From Macrostomum hystrix (lineage: Eukaryota > Animalia > Platyhelminthes), in NCBI GenBank assembly GCA_950097015.1, contig CATNEN010000003.1, forward strand, positions 13,826,001 to 13,890,000: a DNA stretch of 64,000 bases, given 5' to 3'. Shown one piece after another: positions 61,006 through 64,000 of the stretch (the stretch's first letter is position 1; each line of letters starts with the position of its first letter). Made by a program: the position numbers and the translations under genes. The notes under the pieces are model-generated. The model did no database searches and was not told where the DNA came from. It was given only the letters and a program-made list of their open reading frames with translations.

Positions 61006-62904
61006 TAAGCTGATCATAAACAGATCATAGTACGAGTGATATTTTCTATAACTTCGGCTGACAAGAATGAACTGCATGCCTGAACTTTGGTGTAGCAAAA
61101 TGTACTTTTCTTATCCGATGAAGTATTGATCTGTCGACTATTAGCTGAGTAGCATTCTGGTTGACTAGAAGGCTCCTAGAATTCTGTCCTTATATGTGAT
61201 AAATATTTTTTGGTTTTCCTATCTTGCCCCGGAGGCTAATAAAATCAATAATTAATTAAAATGAGTGCTCTCTTATAAGTCTAGATCTTTATTTGAAGAC
61301 TTTATTATTCAGCGCAATGCTAGTTATAATTATTACACTTTCAAAACAAATTTTCATATTTAAGTGCATAGATCGAAAGCATTACACATTATATCTTAAA
61401 GCTGAAGGTTTTGTTTGACGAAATCAACTAAATTCCTGCAGAGAAGCACTTTTCCAATTTGATTACAACTACAATGTAATTTTAACTAACATAATGGTTA
61501 AAACCGGAAGTCAGTGGGTTTATACGTGCTTTATGTATATACAAACCACTTTAGCACGCATATTTTAGAAAAAGCTGATTAAAAGAGTACACAATGACCT
61601 GTTCATGTGCTTGAAAACTCTCTAGCTCACTCTCTCTCTCTCTGTTATTGACAGCTTTTTGTGATTAATTTTTTTACTCGTTGATTTAATCTCCTCTGGT
61701 TATATTACGTTGTATAAGCAATCGCTCCTGACAGCTTCAGAAATGATCGAATCGTAACTAGCTACTCCCTCATGTGATGTCCTTTAGATTGAACGCTTGT
61801 TCGTTCATTACTTTCCGCTTTCGCTTGGTTGCGCTATCATTATTTTTCATCTTAATACAGTTTCTCTTCGAACCGATTCTCTGAAGAACCCTGAGAGCTG
61901 GTTTATTGGCTGGCCCACTTCGTTCCGTATCATTGAACAAGTTCATTTAACTTTTTCTTTTTCGGCAAAACTTACATTAGCGCGGTGTTCTCTGCCTTTG
62001 TACTCTTGTGCCTGAGCAGCTGTATGATTATAATTCTGGCCCTTATCGGCATGGGTGCGAATGTGTGTTTTTGCCGAGGGGGTGCTAGCTGCTAGTCCTT
62101 TATACTAAATTTCTATTATATTGCCAGTCAGTCTATTGACTTAGTTATTTGTTCTTCCATGGCCCTACTTGTTCTTACTTGTCAACGCTTGTCTAGAGTC
62201 GATATTATAGGGCCTATTCAAAGTGGATCGCGATTGAACTAATCCTTAGATTGAACAGATCCTCAGATCATCCGATCTTCAGAACTGATTACAAGATCCT
62301 GAGATTCTCACATCTAAATGATTCTCACGTTCTTTATAACCGAATTTCGGTAGAAATAACCATCTCGACTCTATAGATCAGGATGGCAAAGCCAAACGTA
62401 AAATATCCAATTTGTCCGTCTTTTATTTGATCCCATAAAATCCCCTATATTCACACGCATCTGCTCAGATTTTTATTGCATTATTTGATTTTCCTTCTAG
62501 TCAAAAGAAAATATTCCCATCGCCCTAATCCGAAGTCTTACAAAATATAATCCCCTCAACTGAGTGGGGAAATTTCCCCGAGAAGACGCTGAGAGGCTTC
62601 CATGTTCTAATCCAAAATAAGCCTAGGGAATTAAATTAATTCGCTGCTACCCGTGGAGGATCAGATATGTATCGGATTCCTATGTGAACTTGTTAGCTTT
62701 GCTGCAGTTCTGTCATTTCTTGTGAGCGCCTAGAGGCTTAATCTAATAGAATTTGATAGTGTCTCTCCTACAGCTAGTCCTGTTTAGCTAATTTAAAGCA
62801 ACAAAATTTCCACGGCGACGAAAAAATATAACCTGTCAAAATATCAGCATGTCTCTCATTATGTTTTACTGCTCTGCTTTTTCTCAACTACTTATCTACC
62901 CATA

Positions 62905-63510
62905 TTTCTCTCACCCCTCCTCCTTCTCACCTTCTCCCTCCTTCACCGCTCTTCCTAACACCCTTTTCCCCTCCTCTTTCCCTCCTCTTTCCCCTCCTCC
63001 TTCTCCCCTCCTCCTTCTCCTCTCCTTGTTCCTCCTCCTTCTCCCCTCCTCCTTCTCCCCTCCTTTTTCCTCCTCCTTCTCCCCTCCTCCTTCTCCCCTC
63101 CTTTTTCCTCCTCCTTCTTCCCTCCTCCTTCTCCCCTCCTTCTCCCCTCCTCCTTCTCCTCTCCTCCTTTTCCCCTCCTTCTCCCCTCCCCATTCTCCTC
63201 TCCTCCTTCTCCCCTCCTCCTTCTCCCCTCCTTTTTCCTCCTCCTTCTCCCCTCCTCCTTCTCCCCTCCTCCTTCTCCCCTCCTCCTTCTCCCCTCCTCC
63301 TTCTCCCCTCCTTTTTCCTCCTCCTTCTCCCCTCCTCCTTCTCCCCTCCTCCTTCTCCCCTCCTTTTTCCTCCTCCTTCTTCCCTCCTCCTTCTCCCCTC
63401 CTTCTCCCCTCCTCCTTCTCCTCTCCTCCTTTTCCCCTCCTTCTCCCCTCCCCATTCTCCTCTCCTCCTTCTCCCCTCCTCCTTCTCCCCTCCACTTCTC
63501 CCCTCCTCTT
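62905..63510. repeat. Polypyrimidine (CCT/CCTTCTCC) low-complexity tract
   Basis: ~600 bp of almost pure C/T, unit ~ctcctccttctccc. Confidence 0.95.
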
Positions 63511-64000
63511 GATTAATCGATGCAAAATGGTGTCATTTTATCCCGTCCCTTAGTACGTGCGTAATTTCCTATCTACAACTATCTAACTGAGAGGATTAAT
63601 GCCGAGATAGGGACTATATATGGCTGCAACACAAGCTAGGATAAACTTATCAATCGAAATCCAACAGATAGAAGAAGCATCCGATTATTGACTGCTTAGT
63701 TGTCTGCGAAAATTTTATTTAGCTTTGGTGCAAAAATTACTTAGGTCTCTCCTAAAATGCACAGAGAAAATCGGTTATTGTCTTCGGCAAACCCTATTTT
63801 TAAGCTTCTTTTTTCCCTAGCGCAAGCAGTTCTAAGGCCTGATAAGAAGTTATTAAATTATGATTCATCACACTTCTCACACCTTGTGTGCGTGTATGCC
63901 CGTAAGCTAAGTAACTCCTAAATTGAATAAATTTGTACCGTCATTTTTATGCCCTTATTGCATATTATTTCTGCGAAAGGGGATATTAAATAGCAGAGTG

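Noticed and set aside
62849-63553. P/S-rich and G/E/R-rich ORFs
   Set aside because: Polypyrimidine low-complexity tract.

Overview
Eukaryotic (invertebrate animal) genomic DNA, AT-rich, with compact spliceosomal genes whose introns are very often filled by GC-richer minisatellites; the overall style suggests a free-living flatworm (Macrostomum-like), but that is inference. Host genes: a ZDHHC9/14/18-type palmitoyltransferase (- strand, 5 coding exons, one AT-AC U12-type intron), then six consecutive + strand genes: FBXO28, Rab32/38 (first coding exon lacks its own ATG), a CD20/MS4A-like four-pass membrane protein, exportin-T (XPOT, 11 exons), an intronless J-domain protein and OTUD5. The most notable feature is a 7.5-kb CACTA/EnSpm (CMC) DNA transposon (35325-42798; 35-bp TIRs, TT TSD) in XPOT intron 9. 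It carries three genes: a transposase disrupted by two in-frame stops, an intact spliced BEN-domain/coiled-coil protein, and an intact 165-aa protein with the CtIP/Sae2 C-terminal signature (CxxC...RHR...P-NFF). This looks like a transposon that captured a DNA end-resection cofactor domain. The window also holds several hAT-, pogo- and foldback-type MITEs (one nested three deep), two tRNA-derived SINE families and a decayed Gypsy integrase. Most long ORFs in the supplied track are artefacts of tandem repeats.
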